DNA of 64,000 nt from Escherichia phage T5_ev219. Numbering within the stretch: position 1 is the stretch's first letter; each line of letters starts with the position of its first letter. This document shows positions 37,271-48,700 of this stretch, one piece after another. The notes beneath the pieces were generated by a model. The model made no database searches and was not told the DNA's origin. It saw nothing but the letters and a program-made list of their open reading frames with translations. The stretch lies in the sequence record NC_134263.1; one strand, 5' to 3'. Position numbers and translations under genes: made by a program.

Positions 37271-39693
37271 ACAGACTCCCTCATTTGACGATCCGTTAAT
37301 TCTTTATGCCAGATTCTAAAATTTCTGACATGCCCGAAAAGATGTTTCCCACCATCTGCACTTATGCCGCCGATACGAAGATTTTTAGAAAAACCAGCTT
37401 TCCATGTTGTTTTCACAGGCGTACCGAACACAGCGTTTGTTACGCATCTTAATTCTGAGCTTTTGTTGCAAACAAAACCCGTCACCATTTTCCCGCTTGT
37501 TTTTGTTGATACTGGCGTAAATGACTGACTGACCCCCAACTGAGAATAAGGCAGCGGCTCTACTGTATCGCTTGATGGAACCCTGAAAGCAACTAATAAC
37601 TGGTCTTCTGGTGCATTTGCTACATGTACTATCCTTGGTGCTGAGTTTGGGGCTATATCCCAATTTCTATTTACCTCAACAAGTAGACTTAACGGTATAG
37701 AGGATGGTTGATTGCAATCAGTTGGTATTAGGACCATGTCACTAGCTCTTGTGGCGGGCGTACTGCTTGTAATTATGAACGATGAAGCGCATGACCCTTT
37801 TTCAATTTGCGGAGTAGTCACCTCAACAAAACTAGAATCATCATAAGTGGCATCGGCTTTTTGCACAATCTGAATTCCACCGTTAATATATGCTGAGTTA
37901 TCTGTAACTTTATAAACAACCTCTATAGCAACCCATTCACCATCCTGAACAACATTTTTCACAGTGATGTTAGACGCATCCTGCCCGGACGTGAATGTAG
38001 CTAGCGTGTCGCTGTCAATAAAAAGAACAGCAACAGTAGCAGGTGTTTCTCCTTTGCTAAATCTAGCAACAAATCTTAGATTATGTCCTCTTGCCCTAAA
38101 CGATAGTGTAACTGCGTCATCTTTAACTACAGATATATTGTTTTGCGAGTTACCTGATATAATCCCATATGTACCAGTAGAGCCAGAGTAAACACCAGGG
38201 CCGAACGTTGCATATTTAAAACCACGATCATCGGTTTTTGTTTCACTTTTGCTTAGCCCTGAATTCGAGTTCCATAATTCTGGCGCGTTTGAATTCGCAA
38301 AATAGTTAGTTCTCTGACCTTCAATAAGCAGACCTTCTTTTTCAAAACGTGGCTCATTAATTTCTGCAATGGTAAGAGCGCCGGACTTATTGATATAGGT
38401 CGCAGTTGATGCACGAGTAAAGCTAACAATCTTGTCGCTAGGCAGTGTTATTTCCTCATCACCAACTGTTATTTTTTTATAGCCTGGTGCAAAGCCGGTG
38501 ATCATATCTAGAGAATCGTTAAACGGTATCCATACATCTGGAAGAGGTTGAATGTCGGGGGTAGAATTAGCAGCAGCTTCTGATCTATCAGCCTCAGTTT
38601 TTGAACGATCGGCTTCAGTTTTAGCAGTATTAGCACTATTAGCAGCAGCAGTAGCCTGTTCCCCCGCTTCTGCTGCAGAATTAGCAGCATTAGTTGCAGA
38701 AGTTGCAGCTTGGTTTTTTAAAGTTGTTGTCTCAGATACCGCGCTATTCTTAATACCTTGTGTATCTGTTTTTAGTTGCTCAACATCCGCTTTTAAAGCT
38801 GTTGTCTCTGTTACAGCACTATTTTTAATGGCCTGGGTATCAGATTTTAACTGTTCTACATCCGCTTTTAAAGCTGTTGTCTCTGTTACAGCACTATTTT
38901 TAATGGCTTGGGTATCAGATTTTAACTGTTCAACATCTGATTTAAGTACTTGAATAGCAGCTACAGATTGGCTGGCAGAAGTTGCAGATCCCGCAGCATT
39001 AGTTTCACTAGCCTTAGCTTTTGTTTCCGAGGTTTTTGCATTGGTTTCAGAGATTTTTGCCGCAGATGCCGATGCAGCAGCTTGCTCAGAGAATATTTCC
39101 GCCTCATTCCTAAAACCGTTAGAAGCAGCAGCTGATTGAGCTGCATTAGTCTCACTGACCTTTGCATTATCCTCACTAAGTTTTGCCGCTGCAGTCGAAG
39201 CAGCAGCATTAGTTTCACTAGCCTTTGCCTTATCCTCACTAGCTTTTGCATTAGTTTCGCTAGTTTTAGCTTTTGTTTCACTAGCTTTTGCATTAGTTTC
39301 GCTAGTTTTAGCTTTTGTTTCACTAGACTTAGCATTAGTTTCAGAGGTTTTTGCAGCTGCAGCTGATTCTGCAGATTTAGTAGCAGAAGTGGCAGACTGA
39401 GTAGCAGAGGTAGCAGATTGAGTAGCAGAAGCTTCAGAAGCTCCAGCAGAAATAGCAGCTTCCTGTTCAGAGTTCTTAGCATTAAGCTCTGAAGTCTTAG
39501 CTGCTATTTCAGAATCTTTTGCAGCCGCAGCAGATTTAGCAGCAGCCTCTATAGAAGATACTAACTCATTAGCAGTAATAGAGCTAATAGAATTTCCAAA
39601 AGTTACTGTGTATCTAGGAAATTTACTAGCAGTAGCTTTAGTATCATCAATATTTAATATTTGTTGTACAATAATCTTAGTAGTTATTGCCAT
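37267..39693 (-). CDS. L-shaped tail fibre proximal protein (LtfA-like) with Ala/Ser/Thr-rich repeat shaft
   Basis: 808 aa; tandem 25-aa and 14-aa repeats; synteny with collar and baseplate genes. Confidence 0.65.
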   Translation of the reverse strand: MAITTKIIVQQILNIDDTKATASKFPRYTVTFGNSISSITANELVSSIEAAAKSAAAAKDSEIAAKTSELNAKNSEQEAAISAGASEASATQSATSATQSATSATKSAESAAAAKTSETNAKSSETKAKTSETNAKASETKAKTSETNAKASEDKAKASETNAAASTAAAKLSEDNAKVSETNAAQSAAASNGFRNEAEIFSEQAAASASAAKISETNAKTSETKAKASETNAAGSATSASQSVAAIQVLKSDVEQLKSDTQAIKNSAVTETTALKADVEQLKSDTQAIKNSAVTETTALKADVEQLKTDTQGIKNSAVSETTTLKNQAATSATNAANSAAEAGEQATAAANSANTAKTEADRSKTEADRSEAAANSTPDIQPLPDVWIPFNDSLDMITGFAPGYKKITVGDEEITLPSDKIVSFTRASTATYINKSGALTIAEINEPRFEKEGLLIEGQRTNYFANSNAPELWNSNSGLSKSETKTDDRGFKYATFGPGVYSGSTGTYGIISGNSQNNISVVKDDAVTLSFRARGHNLRFVARFSKGETPATVAVLFIDSDTLATFTSGQDASNITVKNVVQDGEWVAIEVVYKVTDNSAYINGGIQIVQKADATYDDSSFVEVTTPQIEKGSCASSFIITSSTPATRASDMVLIPTDCNQPSSIPLSLLVEVNRNWDIAPNSAPRIVHVANAPEDQLLVAFRVPSSDTVEPLPYSQLGVSQSFTPVSTKTSGKMVTGFVCNKSSELRCVTNAVFGTPVKTTWKAGFSKNLRIGGISADGGKHLFGHVRNFRIWHKELTDRQMRESV
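38712..38940. repeat. tandem 75-bp repeat, about 3 copies, inside LtfA gene
   Basis: Copies starting near 38712, 38787, 38862; encode LKADVEQLKSDTQAIKNSAVTETTA units. Confidence 0.8.
39241..39324. repeat. tandem 42-bp repeat, 2 perfect copies with degenerate flanking copies, inside LtfA gene
   Basis: 39241-39282 identical to 39283-39324; encodes TSETNAKASETKAK units. Confidence 0.8.
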
Positions 39694-40115
39694 TATCTAG
39701 TTACCCCATCACTGATAAATACTTTACCCTCCATTATACGAAAAGAGCTAATAGCGGATCCTATGACATCTCGTGTCATAATTATATCATAATATCCTGC
39801 AAAACGTTGGCGAGGATTATATTTATCTCTCTCTTTGGTAGCTTTTTCACCAATATTATCTACCGCCTCTACAGGTAAACTTATAGCTATAGCACCTTGA
39901 GCAGCATCAATAATTTTAGTAGTAAAAGATGCCAAAGTTTCCGCGTTCTCATCAAGCCCGGCCTTTATAGTACCCCTTAGGGAATACCCTGTTAAGTTAA
40001 CAGGGGTATTTGTAGGTGGGTAAGTACTATCATCAACATCTAAGAATTGCATCATTAGACCATAAGGTACTTTCTCATCTATCACTAGGTCTATAACTCT
40101 ATTTTCAGTACTCAT
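39693..40115 (-). CDS. tail collar protein (p132-like)
   Basis: 140 aa; position between LtfA and baseplate genes as in T5. Confidence 0.5.
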   Translation of the reverse strand: MSTENRVIDLVIDEKVPYGLMMQFLDVDDSTYPPTNTPVNLTGYSLRGTIKAGLDENAETLASFTTKIIDAAQGAIAISLPVEAVDNIGEKATKERDKYNPRQRFAGYYDIIMTRDVIGSAISSFRIMEGKVFISDGVTR

Positions 40116-40121
40116 TATTTA

Positions 40122-42194
40122 TTACCTTATATGGATATACCCACTATTTAGGTCTATCTTCATCTTGTAGTATGCCTCAGGGTTTCCTGATAACGCAGCG
40201 TTCCTATCATAAATGATGTTAACACCGATCTGAGATAAGAAAGCATTTCCTGCTACAATTTTATCTGCCGTCACCGTTCCGTTAACAATCATGTTTCCGT
40301 GGAGAACCATTGCAGGGTTAACCCAACCAGACCCATTCCATTGCCTTGTAAATGCTGATTGTGGGGCATTACTATTAAATTCAGTTAATACATCATATTT
40401 AACTGGAGGAGAACCGAAGTTACTTTGAAAGAAGGAATTAGCTTGTCCATCGTCCCAACCACCTAAACCTGCTATACCTACAGAGTACATCCCAGGACCA
40501 CGTTGTCCATCATGCCCTATAGTACCTTCAGTACCACTCCACTGAACCACATCTGACCAACTAGTACCCTCTAATAACCTATTAGTAACTGGATCAAGCG
40601 TACCCGTAGTCGCATAGATATTTTGTGTCATATCTGTACGGTTAGGTGGAGTTTTTGACCAACCAGGAGGTGGATAATCTTGTTCTAGTGGTTTAGCAGG
40701 TAGAGATGTTGCTAACTTATAAACAAATACTGTCTGTTTACCTTGTAAACCAGTCTCAATATCTACGTCACCATTTGGTGTCCCAATTACTACACCACTA
40801 GAGATGCGCAAGGTAGTACCATCATAACGTATCCATTGTGTAGCGTTACCAATGTCTAATTTAGCTTTGGCAGAGGTATTATCCATACCCATCCAAATAC
40901 CAGAGTTATTATCCCCCCAAGATTTACCTTGAGTGTAAATTGCTGGATTATCCTTACCAGATAAGTTAGTCATGATAAAGTTCGCAGCATTAATATCTCT
41001 AGTAATTACTTTACCGTCAACGTTAACAACACGGTTTATAGGGTCAAAAGAAATAGGTGCTTTTCCTTCTTCATCTAGCAGACCAATGTTAATAGCACCA
41101 GTAGCTGCGTCGATTAAGAATGTCTGTCTCCAGATTTCTCCATCTTTCATGCTGCCCTTAATAAAGGCATAATTAACATCAATACCCGTCTCATTGACAA
41201 AGCTGTTGTCTAGAGGAGTATCTTCATTAAGTATAAACGTTACAGGAGCTGATTCTGTTATATCTTGCTTATTTGGTCCCCAGGCAATTGATGATACCTT
41301 AAAAGTATGCTCAACTTTCCATGGGAATGATATAATCGTTGCAGCTCTAGCAGCTCCAACGTTTATCTTTTGAGCTTTAGCCCAGCCAGTCTTGGCATAT
41401 TCTTCAGAGTTTATATAAGTAACCAGAAATTCACGGACATTAGCACCAGCACCACGTTCCCAGTCCCATTCTACTCTAACATCATATCGTTCCTTACCAT
41501 CTGCAATTCGTGCAGCTTTAAAGGCAATGTTAGTAGGTGCAGTAGGAGGTACGAAATTATAAGCTACAGTGAAAACGCTAGGATACTCATAATAACCAGA
41601 TGAGTCAACTGTAACACCATCTGGCATCGTAACTTGACCAGATATTCTGATCTTATAGTCGCCAACAGGAACACCACCAAATTTGATAGTAGGTCCCAGC
41701 GCGCCTATATAATATTTAACCCATTCACTATCTTCTGATATAGCACTTTTTAATTCAATAGTGCAGTAACTAGCTTCACCAGCAGTCTCTACAACAACTA
41801 TTGGAGCACCAACACCAACGTCAACGGGTTCTGATTCAGATCTTGCTGCAGTAATTATTGGCTTTTCCTTTGTTCTAAAGTTAGTTTCATTAGAGAGGTT
41901 GATACCAATCTTAGCTTCTAGTAACTCTGAGTCAATAATTGAGTCATAGAAAGCCCCCTGAATCTCATAGGAGGTAGAGGGGGTTAAATTATTAATCATT
42001 ACGAAGAAAGTATCTATACCGGTGTAATCACGTCTATCTATACTTTCTCCTATTTTTAACCAAAAAGATCTACCAATAACATCATAATCAGTATAAATGG
42101 AGTGCTGGACATAAGCCAAAGTATATCCAGTCATTATACTATTTAAGACCATTTTGGCTGGTGCATTATTTGAAATCATTAAATGGATGCCCAC
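40122..42194 (-). CDS. baseplate tube/central fibre protein (pb4-like)
   Basis: 690 aa; synteny downstream of pb3-like gene. Confidence 0.55.
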   Translation of the reverse strand: MGIHLMISNNAPAKMVLNSIMTGYTLAYVQHSIYTDYDVIGRSFWLKIGESIDRRDYTGIDTFFVMINNLTPSTSYEIQGAFYDSIIDSELLEAKIGINLSNETNFRTKEKPIITAARSESEPVDVGVGAPIVVVETAGEASYCTIELKSAISEDSEWVKYYIGALGPTIKFGGVPVGDYKIRISGQVTMPDGVTVDSSGYYEYPSVFTVAYNFVPPTAPTNIAFKAARIADGKERYDVRVEWDWERGAGANVREFLVTYINSEEYAKTGWAKAQKINVGAARAATIISFPWKVEHTFKVSSIAWGPNKQDITESAPVTFILNEDTPLDNSFVNETGIDVNYAFIKGSMKDGEIWRQTFLIDAATGAINIGLLDEEGKAPISFDPINRVVNVDGKVITRDINAANFIMTNLSGKDNPAIYTQGKSWGDNNSGIWMGMDNTSAKAKLDIGNATQWIRYDGTTLRISSGVVIGTPNGDVDIETGLQGKQTVFVYKLATSLPAKPLEQDYPPPGWSKTPPNRTDMTQNIYATTGTLDPVTNRLLEGTSWSDVVQWSGTEGTIGHDGQRGPGMYSVGIAGLGGWDDGQANSFFQSNFGSPPVKYDVLTEFNSNAPQSAFTRQWNGSGWVNPAMVLHGNMIVNGTVTADKIVAGNAFLSQIGVNIIYDRNAALSGNPEAYYKMKIDLNSGYIHIR

Positions 42195-45028
42195 TCCACA
42201 GACTGTTCTCCATCATCCCCTTCAGCCCTAATACGAAAATACAATTTTCTATTTATACCTAGAGCACCGCTGTTCTGGAGAGCAAAGTCTGCCTTATTAT
42301 ATGTTAATAAATAGTCATAAGTATACTGATTTTCAATACGTACACTTCTTAACATCCTATTTTGCGAATCGTGTATTTCAAGTGTATAAAATATACTCTC
42401 TATTATATCTTCTTCAGGTATTCTATCCCAAGCTAGTTTTACATCTGGGCCAACAAACTCAGTTACATCTCCAGAAGCAGTATTAGTTACCCTAAAATTA
42501 GATACTACACTAAGGTTTTTAGCAGAGTTAAGTTCTATAGACAGAGTCACCGGGGAACTTCTTCTACCATTAATATCTACTGCTCTTATCTCAAATATAG
42601 CCAGACCTGCTGGTTCCCCAATTATTTCTTGGATCATACGTTCGTTAGGATTGGTCTCTAACTGTTGTACTATGTAAGGTTCGGCATGGCCTGAGTGCAC
42701 AATAGAGTAATAAACTACATTATTGGTTAGACTCGGAAGCCAGGATAACTCACCATTTTTACCTATAGAGCCTACTAAACCGCCAGGAGTAGGGGTATAC
42801 TTAAAGTCCCTAGGAGGAAGGACATTATTACTAATATCGGGAATATCATTACCGCTATTATCAACCTGCTCAGAGTTGATGAATACATCTTCTCCATACT
42901 CCTGTAAGGTAACATTTATCTTACCCTCTCTAGAGTTTTCAACCTCATCAACTAGGAAATACTTTTTGTTCCACCCGTAACGGTCATACGTGAATGCAAT
43001 AGCATCATTGGGTTCAATCCCTATGAACTGGTATGGTAATGAGAATGAAAGTGTTCTTGAGTATCTGGATTTCTTAAGTTCTCTATCCGCAAAACTTCTT
43101 GCAGTATAGTAGTTAGTAATATTAGCAAAAGATAGTTGTAATTTTTTATCTAGGTTCTTGTCCTGTTCCTTATACTTGGAATTATAGAATGTAATAGAAT
43201 TAGTTTTCCAGCTAAGGGCGGGATCTACGATAGATGCTTGAACTGAGTTGAATTTATTTCTACCAGTAGTATCTGATAGCTCCAAATCACCGTAAGTATC
43301 TAGAAAATTAATCTCTAATGGAGTATTAGAGTATTTTTCTACAGTAACCCTATACTGGCCAGATAAATTGTTAATAGCCCCACCATAGGACTCTAACAAA
43401 CCTTGCACATTTTTAAATACTGATTCAGATGTATCCAGAATAGTATTCATTTGTACTATTTGTCTATTTTCTGCTAGTGGATCAGTCCACCCAACGTATC
43501 TCCAGTATGGCTGCCAAGATACTTGGTAGGATTCATCTATAATATCTAAGATAGCTGCTTCTTGTATCAGTTGCTGAAGCGGGAACTGATCAATAGTAAT
43601 GTTAGCGCCGTATCTATCTGAAGTTAGATAATCAAGCGTTTGCCAGATACCATTTAAACTAGTACTATCAGCAGTTACTCTACCATCAGAATGATAGACT
43701 TTTACTTTTTTACCTTGAATTTCAGCACTAACTTCAGGAATCTCAGTCCTATTTTCATTAATAGTGAAGCGCACCACTGCGTACGCAGTATCTAGTAGTT
43801 TATACCTAGCATCCCAGTACTCCGGCCCATTGCCATTCATATTCTGAAGGTAAAACCCACGTTCTTTAGCTATATCTACTAGTACTTCAGAAGCCGTTTG
43901 GTCAGGTTTTCCATGATACGTCCAAATCCTTATATCACCATTACCATCATTATACTTATATTCCTGACCATGCACAGAAGGACTACTAGAAGATATTCCT
44001 GATGCTATTCTTTGCATGGTGTCTCCGGCTACTTTTTTAACACCGAAACAGGTTCTAGCAGAGCTATCATTAGAGTCCATACAAATCATAGGGTTATCCC
44101 CAAAGGAAAAGTCAAGAAAACCGTCTATCTCTCCTTCAGCAAAAGCATATACTACGTAAACTATATTAGGATTGTGTAATTCCGTATCCGCAAAAATAGG
44201 TATTCCCGGTATTTTCTGTACACCATAAACTACTGGTATATACTTAGCAGCAAGGTTAAAATCTATATCTACTTCTTTAGTAACAGTCTCATAATACTTT
44301 TTAAGACTATAACTTCTAGATAGTCCAAATAGCTTTTTCTTAGACTTTAGCTTGTATCTTTCTTCCTGTACCTGATACTTTGCTAGAATAGAGATACTTT
44401 TATTGGCATGAAAGAAACCGTAGTCTTCTTGGTACTCAAGTCTTTTAGCCCCGTTAGATGGAACTAACTGCCCTGCTACAACCTCAAGCCCTCTATGAGA
44501 AGCATCATCAGTAAATCTACCATTAACCCTATCAAAATCATAGAATTGATTAGAACAATTCCAAGTAATTGTGGAGGTTCCAACCCCAGAAGTACTAATG
44601 TTGTCCTTAATACCCCCGCCGGTAATTCTCCCTCTAAAGTATAATAAAGGCCCGTTTGTGTCTGGGTCTACAGGTAAAATAGAACCATCCTCTGTAATAA
44701 TTGCTTGGTGGATTGATACTATTCTATCTAAAAAGGACACACCATTCTGCACTAATTTCAGTACTTCATCCTGCGCTGTACCTGTAATAGTAAAAGATAG
44801 ACTGCCAATAGATAAATCTCTATTTTGTTTATGTGTGCTAATAGATTTAACTTTACCGGCCTGGTACAAAATACCATTATATAGTACATCTCTAAAATAA
44901 TCAGTTAAATAGATAAAAGCAGTACTAGTACCAGTAGAGCCAGGTAATTCTAGGGAAATTAGACTAGCAGTTTTTATTCTGCTATTATTTTTTAAGTAGT
45001 TTCTAGCACTATCTAGTATTTTCTTCAT
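42179..45028 (-). CDS. baseplate hub protein (pb3-like)
   Basis: 949 aa, same length I recall for T5 pb3; synteny after tape measure and pb9. Confidence 0.6.
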   Translation of the reverse strand: MKKILDSARNYLKNNSRIKTASLISLELPGSTGTSTAFIYLTDYFRDVLYNGILYQAGKVKSISTHKQNRDLSIGSLSFTITGTAQDEVLKLVQNGVSFLDRIVSIHQAIITEDGSILPVDPDTNGPLLYFRGRITGGGIKDNISTSGVGTSTITWNCSNQFYDFDRVNGRFTDDASHRGLEVVAGQLVPSNGAKRLEYQEDYGFFHANKSISILAKYQVQEERYKLKSKKKLFGLSRSYSLKKYYETVTKEVDIDFNLAAKYIPVVYGVQKIPGIPIFADTELHNPNIVYVVYAFAEGEIDGFLDFSFGDNPMICMDSNDSSARTCFGVKKVAGDTMQRIASGISSSSPSVHGQEYKYNDGNGDIRIWTYHGKPDQTASEVLVDIAKERGFYLQNMNGNGPEYWDARYKLLDTAYAVVRFTINENRTEIPEVSAEIQGKKVKVYHSDGRVTADSTSLNGIWQTLDYLTSDRYGANITIDQFPLQQLIQEAAILDIIDESYQVSWQPYWRYVGWTDPLAENRQIVQMNTILDTSESVFKNVQGLLESYGGAINNLSGQYRVTVEKYSNTPLEINFLDTYGDLELSDTTGRNKFNSVQASIVDPALSWKTNSITFYNSKYKEQDKNLDKKLQLSFANITNYYTARSFADRELKKSRYSRTLSFSLPYQFIGIEPNDAIAFTYDRYGWNKKYFLVDEVENSREGKINVTLQEYGEDVFINSEQVDNSGNDIPDISNNVLPPRDFKYTPTPGGLVGSIGKNGELSWLPSLTNNVVYYSIVHSGHAEPYIVQQLETNPNERMIQEIIGEPAGLAIFEIRAVDINGRRSSPVTLSIELNSAKNLSVVSNFRVTNTASGDVTEFVGPDVKLAWDRIPEEDIIESIFYTLEIHDSQNRMLRSVRIENQYTYDYLLTYNKADFALQNSGALGINRKLYFRIRAEGDDGEQSVEWASI

Positions 45029-45639
45029 AAACTTTCCCGTAAATTTAATGAGATGCCGGAATATGTTCCGTTATTATTTAGTGTAGATCCGAAAGCATCA
45101 CCATTCATGAGTTTTGTTCTAAATAGTATTCCGTTAAACACTGGTTTCTCAGCCCCAGTAGTAGTTATAAATAAATCAGGATATAAGTTTATAGACCACG
45201 TATTGCCTGATTTATTGAATGATGTTATTTTATATACTTTTGGGTGGTTAGATAGCTTAAATAGATCCCCAGGTTTTGGAGTACCTGTTAGGAGCCCTTT
45301 TGTATCCATAGTTATAGTAGAACCCTTCTGCCCCGCAGGTATGTTTACTAGACTAGTATTACCTCTAACCCTGAAGGCCTCATATTGTGGTAGTATAACA
45401 TCTATATAACCACCGGTCCTTTTGTACTCTAGAATAAAAGCATCTAGAACACTATATTCATCTGGAAATAATTCTGGGTAGGAAATATTTATACCCCAGT
45501 ATTGAGCAGATACCTTAACTTCGTTAACTTTACCATTAGGTAACTCATCACGAATTACTGGGTCATTATCAATCAGGTTAACACTTTCGAATCCTAATCC
45601 TGAAAGTTCTGGATTCGTGTATGGGTCTGGTAGTCTCAT
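45025..45639 (-). CDS. distal tail protein (pb9-like)
   Basis: 204 aa; immediately downstream of tape-measure gene. Confidence 0.6.
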   Translation of the reverse strand: MRLPDPYTNPELSGLGFESVNLIDNDPVIRDELPNGKVNEVKVSAQYWGINISYPELFPDEYSVLDAFILEYKRTGGYIDVILPQYEAFRVRGNTSLVNIPAGQKGSTITMDTKGLLTGTPKPGDLFKLSNHPKVYKITSFNKSGNTWSINLYPDLFITTTGAEKPVFNGILFRTKLMNGDAFGSTLNNNGTYSGISLNLRESL

Positions 45640-45721
45640 AGTTAATTTCTCCTCTTAGATACAATTATTATAATAGTATTAGAAAATTTTATCAAGAAAT
45701 TTTTATTTTTCCATAAAGAAA

Positions 45722-45742
45722 AGGAGGACTCAAAGTCCTCCT
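45722..45742 (-). terminator. rho-independent terminator after tape-measure gene
   Basis: aggaggact caa agtcctcct hairpin with minus-strand T-rich tract. Confidence 0.6.
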
Positions 45743-45748
45743 CCAGTT

Positions 45749-48700
45749 TTAAGAATTTCCTAGTGTTTTTAGGCTAGCACCATTCTCATTCAGAGCTAAT
45801 TCTACTGCATCCCTCAGAGCACCGCTATTACTAGAGGCGAATTCCCTAAAACTAGCAGCATCCATAGCACTAATATTCAGGATGATAGGCCTTCCTGAGG
45901 TTGAGTTAGATGAGGTTTTTAGCTCATCATTAGGCGTAGCTTTCATAGGAACCATAGGGGTAACTACTTCTGTACCATGCTCACCCATTTGATAGCTAAC
46001 CCCAGGGTACATATTACCACCCTCAGCACGAGGAACGAAAGAGTTAGCACCGCCTATGCCTTTATCGCCACGGATATAAGATAATTCACCAGCATTAGCA
46101 GACATAGACACATCTATATTCTTCTGACGCTCTCCAAGAGTTAAATAACTAGTAGTATCCGCTCCAGAATCTGCAATACTTGACATACTAGAGGCAGAGG
46201 ATGCCTGTGCTAATGCCAGAGCACCTGCTAATCCTGCCGCTACCATCAGAGGGATAGAGAACGGGTATGGTACAGCTGTTGCTGCCTGCATAACTGCTAC
46301 TGCAGTTTGGATGATAATCTGCTTCTTAGCTGCATCTTGTTGAATCTTCAGCTTTTCAGCTTCTAGCTTCTTCAATTTAGCTTTAGATGCTTCTGATTTA
46401 CCATCACGTTTCTGCTCCGCTGCGATAGCTGCATCAATAGCACTAACCTGTTGACTAGTACTATACTGAATCATAGAAGATACAGTTTGCATGCCAGAAG
46501 CAATCAAGGAGGTAGTATCTAGGGATCCCTGAGAGAACTGAATCATGGCGTTAGTTAAGTTACCCATACTTTGAGCCACAGCGGTTGCTTCAGAATTTAA
46601 TTCAGATAGCTTAGAGATTGCCTGATCATAAGAAGCCATTCTATTTTGCATATCTGCAAAATCTTTGTCTTCCCCAGATAGTCCAGTTGTAGGAGTGTAT
46701 ACAGCACCCACAGAAGATCCTACCTGTTGCTGCATTTGGCCTTCTCTCTGCTTTCTAAGTTGCTCTAGAGTAGCAGCAGTTTTATAGATCTCATTACGAT
46801 ATTTGATCTCTTCTTCGGTATTGCCCTTAGATAGTTCTAGCTGTTCTTGCAAAACAGATAATCTTTCTGTAAGAATCTGGGCTTGGCCAGTAACATTTCT
46901 TTGTGTTTGGCTGACTTCTAGTGCATCCATAAGAGATGATACATGTGATGCAGTTGCCTGCTTCTCAGCCTCCCATAACTCCCGGCTTATTTGTGCTTGC
47001 GCACGTCTAGACTGTTCCGCCTCTTTCTGTTTGTCCGCTTGTTTTGTATACCATTCGTACTTCTCTTTCTCTACAGTTAGTTCTAGTTTTAGCTGAGCTA
47101 ATCTATATTGAGTAGTAGTCATAGTACGGTCATTCAGAAGAGCTATCTCACGATCTACACCAAGAATTTTATCTGTGTAATCCTTGACCTTCTTCTGAGC
47201 TTCCATACCCTGATTGGTAAGTTTAAGTTTCTCCAGCTGAATTTTTTCAATTTCTTTCTCAACAGCTTTATTCCCCTGGTTTGTTTGAAGAACACGGCGT
47301 AAAGCAGCTTCTTGCTCTTCTAACTGTTGCAACTCTAAACGTCTACCAGCTTCCTGAGCCTTTTCCTTATCCTTAGTTTGATTATACACATCAGCTATTT
47401 TCTGTTGAACTGCTAATTGATTTTTAGTTTCATTACCAGTTAGTTTAACATACTCAGATAGAGCCTGAGATGCAGTTTTCATTTCAGACAGGGTGTTATA
47501 GCCCAGGTTAAGGTTTTTAACATACTCATCTGCACTCTTACCAGTGCCTAAGGATAGAGATTCTATGTTTTTTATAGCATCTGCTAAAGTAGCACTAGTT
47601 TTAGCAGCAGTATCTGTATTCTGAGCAACGTTCTGTATGTCATTAGCTAAGTCACTAGCAGTTTTCTTAGTTTGATTATATGCTTTCTGTTGTTCAGTTA
47701 GTCCTTTTAATACTGTGGAGTTAAAGTCATATACAGCACCAGGATCAGTAGTATCCCTCTGTAGATTAATCTGTTTTTGGAATTCTGGATTAGCTTTTGC
47801 AGCAGCAGCACCCGCAGCTTGATAGGCTGACTTCCAAGCATTAAGGTTTTCAGTAGAATCTTCTACTTCCTTACCTAGTCTGGTTACTTGTAGACCCATA
47901 GCCGCAGTTTCTTCTACGAACTTTTTATTAGCTTCGGAAGCACCAGCAGCAGCAAGACCAACAGGAATACCTTCACCAACTTGACGTATGGCTAATCTTG
48001 TATAGAAATCCGCTTGCTCCATTCGTTTATCGAATTCTGATTTTAGCTTATTACGCTTATCAAGAGATTCCTTATACATATCTAGAGCTTTATTATAGCC
48101 TTCTTCAGAAGCTGCCAAACTTAAAGCAACAGCACCAACGTTGGTAGGATCTATCTGTCTATTAGTTTTTTCTTGAGCTCTAGCTGCTTCAGCAGATACA
48201 GAAGCCTGAGAAGTATAAAATACTGTGTTGATAGCATCAATTACCGGCCCTAAATACTTAGCAGCAGCCTGCTGAATCTTTCTCAGCGCGGCATCAGCAT
48301 TAGCGGCAAATTGCTCCCATGGAGTAGCACGTAAAACTTCATCTAAGTAACCAAAACGTTTAGTAGACTCTGCTATAACAGCATTAGCATACGCTTGCTG
48401 TTTCTGGAAGGTAGTAAGGCTATTAATATTATATGTTATACCTGTGTTTGCAGCATTTAACTGTTTAACGTAATCAGCATAAGCATCATTAAGACGAATA
48501 GTAACACCAAGTTCATCCAGAAGTTCGATTTCCTGTTTAGATACACCCTTAATTACACGGTTAAGTGCATCAGTCATATCAACGCCAAGAACAGCAGCAG
48601 CACGACGAGCTACTAGACCAAATTTATTAAGTTGTTCAGCATCAAAACCGTATGCAGAAGCAGAGGATGCTTGTCTCATAGCTTCTTCAAAGGAAATAGC

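Noticed and set aside
38552-39482. Several plus- and minus-strand ORFs (133 aa, 173 aa, 76 aa, 61 aa)
   Set aside because: All fall within the repeat-rich LtfA tail-fibre gene and are artefacts of the Ala/Ser/Leu-rich repeats read in other frames.
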